Source: an uncultured Pseudomonadales bacterium (GTDB lineage Bacteria > Patescibacteriota > Microgenomatia > UBA1400 > UBA1396). Taken from it: a stretch of DNA of 64,000 nt. This document shows, in pieces, positions 18,868-29,446 of the stretch. Every line of letters starts with the position of its first letter. The stretch's first letter is position 1. Where the stretch lies: NCBI GenBank assembly GCA_964511175.1, contig CAZEEI010000003.1, positions 13,716 to 77,715 on the forward strand, given 5' to 3'. The notes below the pieces were generated by a model. That model was not told where the DNA came from, searched no databases, and saw only the letters and a list, made by a program, of their open reading frames with translations. The position numbers and the translations under genes are program-made.

Positions 18868-21801
18868 CTAAGGCCGATACTTGAGTTCTTCCACCAGGTA
18901 CCTACCGGTTTCCGACAACGGATTCTGAGCAACCTGCGCCGGACTGCCGGCCGCTACGACACGACCGCCATCATCGCCGCCGCCGGGACCCAAGTCAATC
19001 AGCCAATCGGCATTCTTGATCACGTCCAGATTATGTTCGATTAGTACTACCGAATTACCCTGGCGAATTAATTTATCCAGCACGTCCAGGAGTTTGCGAA
19101 CGTCTTCAAAATGGAGGCCGGTGGTTGGTTCGTCCAGCAGGTAGAGTGTATGGACAGTGGTGTTGGTAGTGAGTTCTTTGGCCAATTTGACGCGCTGGGC
19201 TTCACCGCCGGAAAGAGTGGGAGCCGGCTGACCAAGCTTAATGTAACCCAGGCCAACCTCGAGCAGAGTCTGTAGCTTCTGCTGCACTTTTTTATAGTGG
19301 GCAAAAAACTGGGCTGCTTCTTCAATAGTCATTGCTAAAACTTCGGCAATCGTCTTGTCGTGGTAGTGTACTTCCAGGGTTTCACGGTTGTAACGACTGC
19401 CGTGGCAAACGTCGCAATCCACGTAAATATCTGGCAAAAACTGCATTTCGATCTTAACCTGACCCTCACCCTGACAAGCTTCACAGCGACCGCCCTTGAC
19501 GTTGAAACTAAAGCGACCTGGTTTGTAGCCGCGCTCCTTGGCGTCATGAGTCTCGGCAAAAACTTCGCGGATGAGATCAAAAACTTTGGTGTAGGTTGCA
19601 GGGTTGGAGCGCGGCGTACGGCCGATCGGGCTCTGGTCAATTAGAGCTAGCCGCTTAATGTTTTCGTAGCCGTTAATTGCTGTCACCGGACCAGGTGTGG
19701 CGGTCGAAACGCGATCAAGAAGTAGGAGCAGGTTTTGGTAAAGAGTGTCGTAGAGCAGGGTTGATTTACCGGAGCCGGATAAGCCGGTGATGCAGGTGAG
19801 CTGGTGCAGCGGGATTTCGACCGTCAGATTTTGCAAATTATGGGCAGTAGCGCCGTGGATCATCAGTGATTTTCCCCGCTGGCTAAGCGGTTGAGTGCGC
19901 GGTGCCAACCAAATGTCTTGTCGCCGGCTCAGGTAGGCGCCGGTGAGGGATTTTTTGTTTTTAATGATATCGGCTGGTTCGCCTTGGGCAATAACGTGAC
20001 CGCCGTGAACACCGGCGCCGGGGCCAAAGTCAATCAGTTGGTCGCTGGTTAACATGACATCGCGGTCGTGTTCGACTACCACTACCGTGTTGCCCAAATC
20101 ACGCAAGTGTTTGAGCGTAGTAATTAGCCGATGGTTATCTTTTTGGTGCAAGCCGATGGTTGGTTCATCCAAAACATACAGGACGCCGGAAAGACCGGTG
20201 CCGATTTGCGAGGCCAGGCGAATACGCTGCGCTTCGCCGCCAGCTAAGGTATTGGCTTCCCGCGCGAGCGTCAGGTAGGACAACCCCACGGATACCAGGA
20301 AGTTAAGGCGGGTAATGATTTCTTTAGCAATCGGTTCCACCACCTGACGCTCGCGCGCGGTTAAATCCAAGTTTTGTTCCAGCAGATTACTGATCCAAGT
20401 TAAAGCTTCGTTGATGCTAAATTCGGTAACGTCCGCAATCGACAGATCTCCAATGGTGACTGCTAAACTTTCCGGTTTAAGCCGTCGGCCCTGACAATCG
20501 GGACAAGCGTTTTTTTGCATAAAACGTTCAATTTCCTGTCGAATATAGTCGGAACTGGACTCGCGGTAGCGCCGTTCTAAATTAGGAATGAATCCCTCAA
20601 AGTTTTCCCGGATCAGGGTTTCTTCACCAAAGCGGTTGGTGCCGCGGACGGTATAAACTGTATCGCTGCCGTACATTAACTCCTGCTGTAACTCGGCCGC
20701 CAGATCGCGCCAGGGTTTACGCCAATCTTCGCCATACTCTTCGACAATTGTACGTACAATGCGGGCAAACCAAGTATCGCTCTCCAGCATGCGGGCAAAG
20801 GGAATGATGGCTCCTTCCGACAGGGTGAGACTGGGTGCAATCAGTTTGTTTAACTCAATAGCCAGAATAGTCCCCAAGCCGCTGCAGCGGGCGCAGGCGC
20901 CGTGGGGCGTGTTAAATGAGAACATCCGCGGTTCAATTTCTGGTACCGGCAAGCCGGTGCTGGGGTAGACGCGTTTTTCCGTGAATTCGCGCCGCTCGAG
21001 TTTTTTAGGATGATCAGGAAAAGTCAGGCCGGCATCCAGGACGAAGGCCACATCCACCCAACCATCGGATAGGGCCAGGGCTTGTTCGATGTCACCGTTA
21101 AGGCGTGATCGGAGGGCGTGTTGCTCACTGGTGTCGGCGAGTTGTTGGGAAGAGATCACCACCCGGTCGACAATGGCAGCGATGGCGTGTTTATTATTTT
21201 TGAATAAAGTAATTTCGTCACGCAAATCATAGAGATCACCATCGATTAGCGCCTGGGAATAACCCTTCTGGCGTAGGTTGGCGAACAGCGATTGGAATTC
21301 GCCCTTGCGATCTTTAATGACTGGTGCCAGGACGAGGAAGCGGACGGGGGCTTCAATCGCGCGCCGGCCGACCTCAGCAAACAGTTCGTCCAGGATTTGA
21401 TCCAAGGAAAAAGGCATCACTTCTTCACCGGTCTGCGGGTCGTGCGGTCGGCCGGCGCGCGCAAACAGCAGCCGCAAATAATCGTAAACTTCCGTAATTG
21501 TGCCGACGGTAGAGCGCGGGTTATGGGAAGTAGTTTTTTGATCGATCGAAATAGCTGGTGACAGGCCGGTAATACTTTCAACTTTAGGCTTTTGCATCAC
21601 GCCTAAAAACTGGCGCGCGTAAGCGGAAAGCGATTCTACATAACGCCGCTGCCCTTCGGCGTATAACGTGTCAAAAGCAAAAGAAGATTTGCCCGAACCA
21701 GACAAGCCGGTGACTACTACCAGTTTATTCTTGGGAATATCCAAATCGATGTTCTGGAGGTTATGTTCTTGCGCCCCGCGCACACTAATTAAGTCGGCCA
21801 T
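18868..21801 (-). CDS. uvrA: Excinuclease ABC subunit A
   Basis: Two ABC ATPase modules (GLSGSGKS, L[AS]GGEAQR, LDEPT). Confidence 0.97.
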   Translation of the reverse strand: MADLISVRGAQEHNLQNIDLDIPKNKLVVVTGLSGSGKSSFAFDTLYAEGQRRYVESLSAYARQFLGVMQKPKVESITGLSPAISIDQKTTSHNPRSTVGTITEVYDYLRLLFARAGRPHDPQTGEEVMPFSLDQILDELFAEVGRRAIEAPVRFLVLAPVIKDRKGEFQSLFANLRQKGYSQALIDGDLYDLRDEITLFKNNKHAIAAIVDRVVISSQQLADTSEQHALRSRLNGDIEQALALSDGWVDVAFVLDAGLTFPDHPKKLERREFTEKRVYPSTGLPVPEIEPRMFSFNTPHGACARCSGLGTILAIELNKLIAPSLTLSEGAIIPFARMLESDTWFARIVRTIVEEYGEDWRKPWRDLAAELQQELMYGSDTVYTVRGTNRFGEETLIRENFEGFIPNLERRYRESSSDYIRQEIERFMQKNACPDCQGRRLKPESLAVTIGDLSIADVTEFSINEALTWISNLLEQNLDLTARERQVVEPIAKEIITRLNFLVSVGLSYLTLAREANTLAGGEAQRIRLASQIGTGLSGVLYVLDEPTIGLHQKDNHRLITTLKHLRDLGNTVVVVEHDRDVMLTSDQLIDFGPGAGVHGGHVIAQGEPADIIKNKKSLTGAYLSRRQDIWLAPRTQPLSQRGKSLMIHGATAHNLQNLTVEIPLHQLTCITGLSGSGKSTLLYDTLYQNLLLLLDRVSTATPGPVTAINGYENIKRLALIDQSPIGRTPRSNPATYTKVFDLIREVFAETHDAKERGYKPGRFSFNVKGGRCEACQGEGQVKIEMQFLPDIYVDCDVCHGSRYNRETLEVHYHDKTIAEVLAMTIEEAAQFFAHYKKVQQKLQTLLEVGLGYIKLGQPAPTLSGGEAQRVKLAKELTTNTTVHTLYLLDEPTTGLHFEDVRKLLDVLDKLIRQGNSVVLIEHNLDVIKNADWLIDLGPGGGDDGGRVVAAGSPAQVAQNPLSETGRYLVEELKYRP

Positions 21802-21876
21802 GAAGGTCAGTATTATACGTTAATTACGGCCGAATTGCTAGCTAACGTGGGTCGCCACTACCGGAGTTGGATGTGT

Positions 21877-22434
21877 TTAAGTAGACAAAGGTAAGCGAGT
21901 ATAACATTGTTCAAATAATGTTGGGTCGAATTGCGTAATTTGCCAATGGATTAACTTGTCGGCGCCATCACTTTCGATAGTAATAATATTTTTCTTGATG
22001 AAAAATTCCGAGGGATAATCTCCTAAATCGGTAGTGACGATACAGGAATTTGGGTAAAGCATAGCTCTACCCATCAAAGTTAGGTCTACCACAGAGGGGC
22101 TGTATCGCCTTTTTTTAAATTGCTGAGTAATAATTCTGGATATTACTAAAGCATTATGCAAAACCTGTTGGAATATATGTTGGTCATTAGGACAGTCTAA
22201 AAAAGGCTCATTGGATAAAAGAGACTCCTTTTTAAGGATGTAACTCAGCTCAAACGTATTGCGCAGGAATTCAAGCCTGACTAGAGGATCAACGATAAAG
22301 AATTGAGTAGGAAACAACTCAAGTAGTGCATGGTTGCAAATCTCGTTTTCACTAAAGTCGCTTAAAATGCCAGTATCAAGAAAAATCCAGCTGCTCAGCA
22401 ACCGCTTCTGCTTGTCTTTGTCGTAGAATATCAT
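21877..22434 (-). CDS. PIN-domain (VapC-like) protein
   Basis: IFLDTGIL...V..EFL...S.VD...IVTTD acidic PIN pattern. Confidence 0.65.
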   Translation of the reverse strand: MIFYDKDKQKRLLSSWIFLDTGILSDFSENEICNHALLELFPTQFFIVDPLVRLEFLRNTFELSYILKKESLLSNEPFLDCPNDQHIFQQVLHNALVISRIITQQFKKRRYSPSVVDLTLMGRAMLYPNSCIVTTDLGDYPSEFFIKKNIITIESDGADKLIHWQITQFDPTLFEQCYTRLPLST

Positions 22435-22567
22435 CGTTTCTTTCCCTTAGTTTTTCAGTATCCTGCAAGAACCGTTTCATTTTCTGTAGGAGTAGGGTAT
22501 TAGTTCCAGGGTTTCTGACGGGTGGTTTGGTTTTAATTGTTCCGATATAAACTTGCGTTTGAGGCAT
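22376..22567 (-). CDS. Small protein, putative antitoxin
   Basis: 63-aa ORF with AAGGAA RBS, overlapping the start of the PIN gene. Confidence 0.5.
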   Translation of the reverse strand: MPQTQVYIGTIKTKPPVRNPGTNTLLLQKMKRFLQDTEKLRERNDDILRQRQAEAVAEQLDFS

Positions 22568-22619
22568 TGTGTTCCTTATTTGTTAATAATATACCGCAAT
22601 AGTTACCAAAATCGAACAT

Positions 22620-24047
22620 TTATTGTTGTTGCAAAATATGAACTTTAACGTTGCCGCCGCAGCTGTACACTTTTTGCTCAGTCGAAAGACCAAACAAAGT
22701 TAGCTCATGGAAGCTAGTTTCGCCATGACGATAAGTACCATTGTCCACGACAACCGCCATTTTCTTAGCTTGCCCTGGTTCACGATACTCGTCTTTTACC
22801 TGACAGCCCGCCCGGCGCATGAAGTAACGGTGTTCGGGACCGTTGTGAAAGGGCAATAAATCGGTTTCTACACTGACGTATAAAGGAGCGGTTTCAGCGG
22901 CACAAACTTGGGCAAAACAGGCCGTTAGTTCAGCGACGGTACGGGGAGCACGGGTAAAGTAATGTCGTAGCTGGAGAGGGCGCAGCCAGTAAGCGGCCAA
23001 GATCAACACTACCAGGATGGCTAAGCGCCGGTGTAGGGCAGCAATGGCAAAAAATAACAAAGTGGCCATCGCAAAAATATAATGTTTTTGGATCGCTACT
23101 GGTGACAGCATGGTTAAACCGATGGTGAGGCCGGTTAACCAACCTAGCGTTACCCAGTCGCTCGACAAAGCGGCTGGTTCGCGGCGGTGCTGGTACCAGT
23201 ACACACCGATGGCCGCTATTAACATAATAATCAAAACCCAACCCAGCCAAATCGATTCGGTGGCTAAAAGCTGTTGCGGTAAGGCCATAATTTTAGTTAG
23301 CCACGGGGCGTTGGGTTGACCCGCTTGGTCCGGGCGTAACAGAGCTTGGGTTAACAGAAAGTGGTGGCGTAGTTCGAAAATAATAGTGCCGGCGTTGATA
23401 ATCAAACCACTCAAGGCCAAGCCGGCTACCCAGCGCCAAACTTTGCCTCGTAACTGCCAAATCGCCACTAGGCCAAAAGCAATCAGAGCTGGGGCAGCGG
23501 AGTAGTTAAATGAAACTGCCAGGGCGAGAAAAAAAGTGGTGAGCAACACATTGGTCCAACTTACTTGATCGCGGAGGCGCAAATAACCCAGGGTAGCCAG
23601 AGCCAAAAACGGTCCTAAGAAGGATGGATTCCAGACGAAGCGGTTTTGGTCGATAAATTGCGGGTGGATAGTCATGAGAGCAAAGACCAACAGCCAGATG
23701 CGTTGGCGCCGCGGGCGCTCGCGCGTCAGCCAGAGGCCAAAACCAAAAGTAATTAAATAGATAATGGCGCAAGTAATCAGAGTGGTCAGCGGCGAGCGCC
23801 CGCTCAACCAATAAATCGGATAGAAAATATAGAAATACCAAGCACTTTGGTTAAATGGCAGAGCACTGGTCTGCGGTCCCAGCAGCGGCGGTTTGCCGGT
23901 TTGTTCCCAATCCAGCAGAACCAAAAAATCGCGACCCATGTCGTTAATAAATAGTAAAGACTGATCGATGCGATAAAAGCGGAGAAAGAGGAAAAAAATA
24001 ATGAGCAATAGCGCGAAGATTCCAACTTGTTTTTGCGCTGCCGTCAT
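22620..24047 (-). CDS. GT-C fold (ArnT/PMT-like) membrane glycosyltransferase
   Basis: LRFYRI...F.NDMGRD...PPLLGP...Y; many TM helices; RFVWNPS. Confidence 0.75.
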   Translation of the reverse strand: MTAAQKQVGIFALLLIIFFLFLRFYRIDQSLLFINDMGRDFLVLLDWEQTGKPPLLGPQTSALPFNQSAWYFYIFYPIYWLSGRSPLTTLITCAIIYLITFGFGLWLTRERPRRQRIWLLVFALMTIHPQFIDQNRFVWNPSFLGPFLALATLGYLRLRDQVSWTNVLLTTFFLALAVSFNYSAAPALIAFGLVAIWQLRGKVWRWVAGLALSGLIINAGTIIFELRHHFLLTQALLRPDQAGQPNAPWLTKIMALPQQLLATESIWLGWVLIIMLIAAIGVYWYQHRREPAALSSDWVTLGWLTGLTIGLTMLSPVAIQKHYIFAMATLLFFAIAALHRRLAILVVLILAAYWLRPLQLRHYFTRAPRTVAELTACFAQVCAAETAPLYVSVETDLLPFHNGPEHRYFMRRAGCQVKDEYREPGQAKKMAVVVDNGTYRHGETSFHELTLFGLSTEQKVYSCGGNVKVHILQQQ

Positions 24048-24094
24048 ACTTAGATTGTAAGGGACAACCAGGTGTTATAGTAAGGGGGAAGCGC

Positions 24095-24571
24095 ATGAAA
24101 TTTCACCAGCGATTATTCCCCCATTTTTTCGCTAAAGAGCCGATCCCGCCGATTACCAATCGCGACCTGCAACAAGCGATCACCCGAGTAAAGCAAGCGG
24201 TTTCATTGATGGCGGCCATTCAAATGGCACTGGATATTATGGCCGATAAATACTGTTCGCGGCACTTTATGACTTATCTATTGCTTTATCGCTTATTCGA
24301 AAAAGATCCAAACAAGTTGTGGCAAAGAAGTGGTTTTTTGCACTGCACCCAGCAGAATTATTTACTACGGGTTTTACTGATCAAAAGCGGCTGGTTGACC
24401 GAAAACCAAATTCATTTGAACTATAGTTTGGTTTGGTATATTTCGCCGCATCAATTCTTGCGGTTGATTTTACCAACCAGGCCAGTGGCGGTTGATCCCT
24501 GGAATTATGATCAAGGTGTACCACTGGGCTGTTACGCGGTGGGTTTTGGTAGTCGGAAACTTAAAAGTTAA
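24095..24571 (+). CDS. Transglutaminase-like hypothetical protein
   Basis: Cys-His-Asp pattern: GFLHCTQQN, SPHQFL, VAVDPW. Confidence 0.55.
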   Translation: MKFHQRLFPHFFAKEPIPPITNRDLQQAITRVKQAVSLMAAIQMALDIMADKYCSRHFMTYLLLYRLFEKDPNKLWQRSGFLHCTQQNYLLRVLLIKSGWLTENQIHLNYSLVWYISPHQFLRLILPTRPVAVDPWNYDQGVPLGCYAVGFGSRKLKS

Positions 24572-24576
24572 TAATG

Positions 24577-24646
24577 TTGCGGGGCAAGGAATCGGACCTT
24601 GTCTGCGAGATTATGAGCCTCACGTGCAACCGTACACTACCCCGCG
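24577..24646 (-). tRNA. tRNA-Met(CAT), initiator type, atypical; CCA not encoded
   Basis: CGCGGGG/CCCCGCA acceptor with C1xA72 mismatch; CTCATAA anticodon loop; CAAGG-TCCGATT-CCTTG T arm. Confidence 0.88.
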
Positions 24647-24734
24647 CGACAGGGACTTATTATAGCACAATGTTAAGGAATCCGGCGCCTACGGCCGCCA
24701 ACAATGGTGGTAATTGTTAGATTTAGGCCTAGTG

Positions 24735-24845
24735 TATCAAAATGACCAAAACCGATAGTTGTACAACTTACCTCGAGTCCAGTCTCAATAGAAAAGACCC
24801 CACCAGATTGTAGTTGTACAACTGTTGGTTTTGCCAATTTTGATA
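24735..24845. repeat. Phased TTGTACAA palindrome element, copy B
   Basis: TATCAAAA-N16-TTGTACAA-N47-TTGTACAA-N16-TTTTGATA; 32-bp arms are 27/32 inverted-identical. Confidence 0.85.
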
Positions 24846-24885
24846 TGTCGGCTCCGGCTTTTTAAAAGCACGCTACAATAACTTT

Positions 24886-25977
24886 GTGAAGGTCGCTCTA
24901 ATCCATGACTATTTGCGCGAATACGGCGGGGCCGAGCGCGTAGTGGAAGCTTTGCACGGGATGTTTCCGGAAGCACCATTGTATGTGGCTTTCTACGATC
25001 CCGCCACGCTCGGCCCGCAGAACCAACGCTTCGCTAACTGGGACATTCGCCAAACGTCTCTAACCAAACTGCCTTTTTACCGCCGCTTATTTTCGCCTTA
25101 TCGGATTTTTTCGGCTTGGGCTTTCCGTCAGTTGGATTTGCGTGAGTTCGATCTAATTATTTCTTCGACTAACATGTATATGGCTAAAGCCGTGCGGCAG
25201 CGTCCGGATGCCCGCCATTTCAGTTATATCCATACACCACCGCGTTCGTTATACGGTTTTACGACCCAAACCAATTGGCGCCGTAACCCATTGCTGCGGT
25301 TGGGCGGCTCATTAATCAACGTCTGGATGCGTCGACTTGATTACCAAACGGCCCAGAACCCCGATGTTCTAATCGCCAACTCCCGCACCACGCAGGAGCG
25401 CATTCAAAGATATTACCGCCGTAGTTCCACGATTATTTACCCGCCAGTAGCCTTGGTTGACGCTGAGCCAGCTGTTTTACCGTCCGACCAGCGTAATTAT
25501 GTGTTATTTGTGGGACGACTGGCCTATAGCAAACATCCAGAGCTGGTGGTCGAAGTTTGCCGTAAATTGAATTTACCGCTGAAAGTGGTGGGGGTTGGTA
25601 CGCTGCTGGCCGATCTGCGCGCTCAGGCTGGCGAAAAAACGGAGTTCTTGGGATCGGTGAGCGATGCTGAGCTAGTTGGACTTTACCAGCACGCGCGGCT
25701 CGCCGTTTTTCCGGCGGAAGATGAGGATTTTGGGATTGTGCCGATCGAAGCCATGGCCACCGGCACGCCGGTGATGGCGCACTACTCCGGCGAGCCGCGC
25801 TATACCGTAACCGGTGGTCTGTCTGGTTTCCACGTCAAATCGCTCGATCCAGCCGACTGGCAGGACGTTGTGCAAAAAGCTTGGGAACATCAGTGGGACT
25901 ACCACGCCATTCAAACTTCGGTGGCGGAGTTTTCGTTAAAAAACTTCCAACAGCGGTGGAATGAATTACTGGCTTGA
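24886..25977 (+). CDS. Glycosyltransferase family 4
   Basis: KVALIHDYL..YGGAERV, EDFGIVPIEAMATGTPV. Confidence 0.92.
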   Translation: MKVALIHDYLREYGGAERVVEALHGMFPEAPLYVAFYDPATLGPQNQRFANWDIRQTSLTKLPFYRRLFSPYRIFSAWAFRQLDLREFDLIISSTNMYMAKAVRQRPDARHFSYIHTPPRSLYGFTTQTNWRRNPLLRLGGSLINVWMRRLDYQTAQNPDVLIANSRTTQERIQRYYRRSSTIIYPPVALVDAEPAVLPSDQRNYVLFVGRLAYSKHPELVVEVCRKLNLPLKVVGVGTLLADLRAQAGEKTEFLGSVSDAELVGLYQHARLAVFPAEDEDFGIVPIEAMATGTPVMAHYSGEPRYTVTGGLSGFHVKSLDPADWQDVVQKAWEHQWDYHAIQTSVAEFSLKNFQQRWNELLA

Positions 25978-26011
25978 GGTAGAATACGGCAATTACTAAC
26001 TAGAGATTTTT

Positions 26012-26620
26012 ATGATTGCCACTGCACCCGAACGAATTCGACTTGATTATTCTCTCGATCCGTTGAAGCAGGCCTTAGAGGCGTATTCTCCAGAACAGCT
26101 GCTGGTTTTATACCGCGGTCGCGACAAAGGTGCTGAAGAGGGCAGTAACTTAAACTGGACGATTGATCCGTTTTATGCTCTTTTTCACGCCGGAATATGG
26201 GGAGTGGATGATTATCCAGATAACTACGGCACACTAAGTTATACGGTTGCGCCGCTAACCAAAACAATCAGTTTTGATTCCCGTACCAGTTCTTACCGAA
26301 TCTTATCTTTACCATGGGGCAGCCGCCAATTAGTGCCTGGAGAAATACAGCGCTTATTAAACTGGCGAATTATTACTAGCCAGCAAGAAGCCCTGGTTGA
26401 GCCGGAACTGCGCCAAGCGATTGGTCGTGGTGGTGTAATTGGGGTTGATTGGCCCCAATCAGAAACCGCTAAAATCGAAGCCGATCGGCTTCGCTCACAA
26501 CTATTGTACCGCACGTTAATGTCGAATGACCCCTTGGCCGACCAAGCTTGGCAGCAAGTTCTACCAAACGCTTCACTTGATTTATTAAGATTAATTGCCG
26601 CCAAATATAATCAGCATTAA
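26012..26620 (+). CDS. Hypothetical protein
   Basis: 202-aa ORF with no recognised family. Confidence 0.65.
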   Translation: MIATAPERIRLDYSLDPLKQALEAYSPEQLLVLYRGRDKGAEEGSNLNWTIDPFYALFHAGIWGVDDYPDNYGTLSYTVAPLTKTISFDSRTSSYRILSLPWGSRQLVPGEIQRLLNWRIITSQQEALVEPELRQAIGRGGVIGVDWPQSETAKIEADRLRSQLLYRTLMSNDPLADQAWQQVLPNASLDLLRLIAAKYNQH

Positions 26621-28059
26621 GGAGCAGGCACCGTAGCTGGTGTTGTGGCCGCCGCACCAGGTGTAGGCACCAGGCGCAAGTACATGACCGAATTAGCCGG
26701 CATAAATAAAGTAGTGGCCAACTCATCAGTCTCTGTAGACAGATCGACTTTACGCGAAGAACCGCCCAAATCGGTAATTTCCAGTTGATAGCTGCCAGGA
26801 AAGACGTTCTTAAAGGTAAGCGGTACGTTTTCTACGTGCGCAGCGTAACGGTCATAATTAGCCACTAACATTTCAGTAAAGAAGCCATTTTTGGTAGCCA
26901 AAGCCTTCACCCAGGTACCCCGACCATTAAGCTGGAGCACATTACCGCTAATCCGATTCATGAGGCGTAAGGCTAAATAACGCGGCTTAATATTGGCGCC
27001 AAACTCGTGGTTAGTCAGCAAACCCCAGCGCCCCCAACGTTCTTGACCCTTAGGATCCTTACCGTCTTCTACTTCAAAGACAAAACCACGGTCAATGGCT
27101 CCCACCATTTCAATACCGGCTGCTGCGGTATGAGCCGCACCCAAGTTGCCGTCATAACCGGCGTGATTATTACTATCATGACCAAACTCCGTGATGTGCA
27201 GTTGCAAGTTGGCCAGAGCTGGATTAGCGGCTTTCCATTCGTTGGCCAGAGCGAAATCCTTACGGAATTGTTCAATGTCCAAGTTATAACGATGCCAAGA
27301 GAAAAAGTCGAGCCGCAAGCCGTTCTCCTGAGTGTACTTAGTTAGGGTTCGAAACCAATTTTCATACAAGGCGGTAGTGGCAGGACCACCAAAACTATAC
27401 GGCTGGGCGTTTTTTACCTGGGCTCGGCCACGGTCAGCGTAACTGTAAAGGGTTAAGTAATTGCGGTCGCCGTAAGTTTTCCAACCGCCAAACAGGTCAG
27501 GCTCGTTCCATACTTCGTAAATAATGTTGGGAATTTTTTTATCACCCGAATAGTGCTGGATAGTGGCGCGAATGGTCTCCTGCCAGTATTCCCATTTTTG
27601 CGGCGGGCTGGTAATTTGGCCGTCGCTAGCAATGGTGGCTGGCATGTACGAAAGGGCGATATAGGGTTTGGCACCCGTGGCCAGGATATCGTCAATGAGA
27701 GGATCTAATTTGCTGAAGTCAAAACGCAAAGTTTCACCATCTTTTTGGACAATGTCGTAGAAGGAATAGATATGATCCAAACGGATATACTGCGGGTTTA
27801 AGGCACTAACTTTACCCTTAATGTCAGTTAGGCGCCAATTGCTCATTTCACCACCCTGAGCCAGATTTTGCCAAGGTTTAGTGAGTGGTCCAACTTCCTG
27901 GCGTACGTCGACTACTAAATTGGCGGGAGTACCGGAAGCGCCAGCCAAAAATTGACGTACTACTTTTAGTTGGGCAGCCCCCACGATTCCGGCTATGGCT
28001 ACTAAAATAACGGGCACAAGCTGCAAAAAAAGTTTCCAACGCGACACTAATCGAGGCAT
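26617..28059 (-). CDS. Membrane-anchored glycoside hydrolase, GH39-like
   Basis: N-terminal TM; YIRLDH, YEVWNEPD (acid/base), DFFSWHRY, LHITEF (nucleophile). Confidence 0.8.
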   Translation of the reverse strand: MPRLVSRWKLFLQLVPVILVAIAGIVGAAQLKVVRQFLAGASGTPANLVVDVRQEVGPLTKPWQNLAQGGEMSNWRLTDIKGKVSALNPQYIRLDHIYSFYDIVQKDGETLRFDFSKLDPLIDDILATGAKPYIALSYMPATIASDGQITSPPQKWEYWQETIRATIQHYSGDKKIPNIIYEVWNEPDLFGGWKTYGDRNYLTLYSYADRGRAQVKNAQPYSFGGPATTALYENWFRTLTKYTQENGLRLDFFSWHRYNLDIEQFRKDFALANEWKAANPALANLQLHITEFGHDSNNHAGYDGNLGAAHTAAAGIEMVGAIDRGFVFEVEDGKDPKGQERWGRWGLLTNHEFGANIKPRYLALRLMNRISGNVLQLNGRGTWVKALATKNGFFTEMLVANYDRYAAHVENVPLTFKNVFPGSYQLEITDLGGSSRKVDLSTETDELATTLFMPANSVMYLRLVPTPGAAATTPATVPAP

Positions 28060-28095
28060 AAATGCAGTTTACCTGTCCTGCGTAGCGCTTGGCAA

Positions 28096-28142
28096 GGGGT
28101 CAGACCCATGGCAGGGTCAGACCCTGCCATGGGTCTGACCCC
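28096..28142. repeat. Perfect 47-bp palindrome made of three GGGTCWGACCC REP-like units
   Basis: GGGGTCAGACCCATGGCAGGGTC-A-GACCCTGCCATGGGTCTGACCCC. Confidence 0.85.
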
Positions 28143-28144
28143 TA

Positions 28145-28171
28145 ATAGCACTCTTGCCAAAATACTGCTAA
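28145..28171 (+). promoter_or_regulatory. CIRCE operator (HrcA site)
   Basis: ATAGCACTC-N9-TACTGCTAA versus consensus TTAGCACTC-N9-GAGTGCTAA, 20 nt before hrcA. Confidence 0.85.
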
Positions 28172-28191
28172 TGAGTTAGAGTAGAGCCGCT

Positions 28192-28917
28192 ATGGTAGAT
28201 CTAACGGGACGCCAAATTCAAATCCTGCGGGCCATTGTCGAAAAGTACATGGAAACCGCCGAGGCGGTTGGTTCGGAAACTATCGACAAAAAGTTTAACT
28301 TTGGTGTTTCGCCGGCAACCATCCGTAATGAGATGGTTTATTTGGCCGAACAGGGTTATTTGCGCAAACCGCATAGTTCGGCGGGGCGTATTCCCACTTC
28401 CCAGGCTATCAAATTTTATGTCCGTGAGTTGATGCGTGAGAAAGATCTATCCGTGGCCGATGAAGTTTCGCTCAAAGAACGCATTTGGTCTAATCGCACG
28501 CAAGTAGCGGATCTTTTTAACGAAGCCGCTCACATTTTAGCCGAACGTGCCCGCTGTATCGGTCTGATTATGGACAGCGAAGATGGTCATTTGTACCACT
28601 CCGGCTACGCCCACATTCTGACTTTTCCCGAATTCGATAACATTGATGTGACTCGCACCGTGCTTACTCTCATCGAGGAGTTTCATGCCATGCAGGAAAT
28701 TTTCGATTACGCGCGTGGCGAGGAACCAGTTCACTTGGTACTGGGAGAGGACTTGGGCAATCAATATTTGGAACCGGTCGGTTTTGTCTTTACCGACGTC
28801 CAGGTTGGCAGTACTAAATATAACCTAAGCGTAATCGGACCGACGCGCATGGATTATGCTTACGTGATGCCGATGATGAAGTACTTCCGTGGCTTGATTG
28901 TGGAATTGATCGGTTAA
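28192..28917 (+). CDS. hrcA: Heat-inducible transcription repressor HrcA (short form)
   Basis: VSPATIRNEM, PHSSAGRIPT, IGPTRMDY. Confidence 0.93.
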   Translation: MVDLTGRQIQILRAIVEKYMETAEAVGSETIDKKFNFGVSPATIRNEMVYLAEQGYLRKPHSSAGRIPTSQAIKFYVRELMREKDLSVADEVSLKERIWSNRTQVADLFNEAAHILAERARCIGLIMDSEDGHLYHSGYAHILTFPEFDNIDVTRTVLTLIEEFHAMQEIFDYARGEEPVHLVLGEDLGNQYLEPVGFVFTDVQVGSTKYNLSVIGPTRMDYAYVMPMMKYFRGLIVELIG

Positions 28918-28944
28918 AACATCAGATTTAAAGGGGAAAAATAA

Positions 28945-29445
28945 ATGGCGAAAACCAACGCTACTAATACTAATGAAGATCAGGAGCAGCAACTAGTGCG
29001 TTTGGCGCAACTGGAGCAGGAGCTGGCCGCCAGCCAGGAGGCGCATAAGCGTGCACTGGCTGATTTTGCCAACCTGAAACAGCGTACAGTAGCGCAGCAG
29101 CAACAGCAGCGCGAACAGGCCTGTCGGGATTTGATGTTGGCCTTACTGCCGACCCTAGATAGTCTTAATTTAGCTATGGTTCACCAGACGGATCCAGGAC
29201 TAAACCTAATCGTGGCTGAGTTTCAGCGGGTTCTGAGCAGATACGGTCTTCAGCCCATTGCGGCGCGTGGCCAAGTTTTTGATCCCCACACCATGGAGGC
29301 CGTTGGTACGGCTCCTGGTCCCCAAGATCAAGTGATTAGCGAAGAGCAGCTTGGTTACCAACTTAACGGCATCATTTTACGACCGACTCGCGTTATCGTG
29401 GGAGCCGGCTCTAATTCAGAAAAAAAGCAAGAGGAAAAGGAGTAG
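28945..29445 (+). CDS. grpE: Nucleotide exchange factor GrpE
   Basis: [32 protein letters not shown]. Confidence 0.93.
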   Translation: MAKTNATNTNEDQEQQLVRLAQLEQELAASQEAHKRALADFANLKQRTVAQQQQQREQACRDLMLALLPTLDSLNLAMVHQTDPGLNLIVAEFQRVLSRYGLQPIAARGQVFDPHTMEAVGTAPGPQDQVISEEQLGYQLNGIILRPTRVIVGAGSNSEKKQEEKE

Positions 29446-29446
29446 T

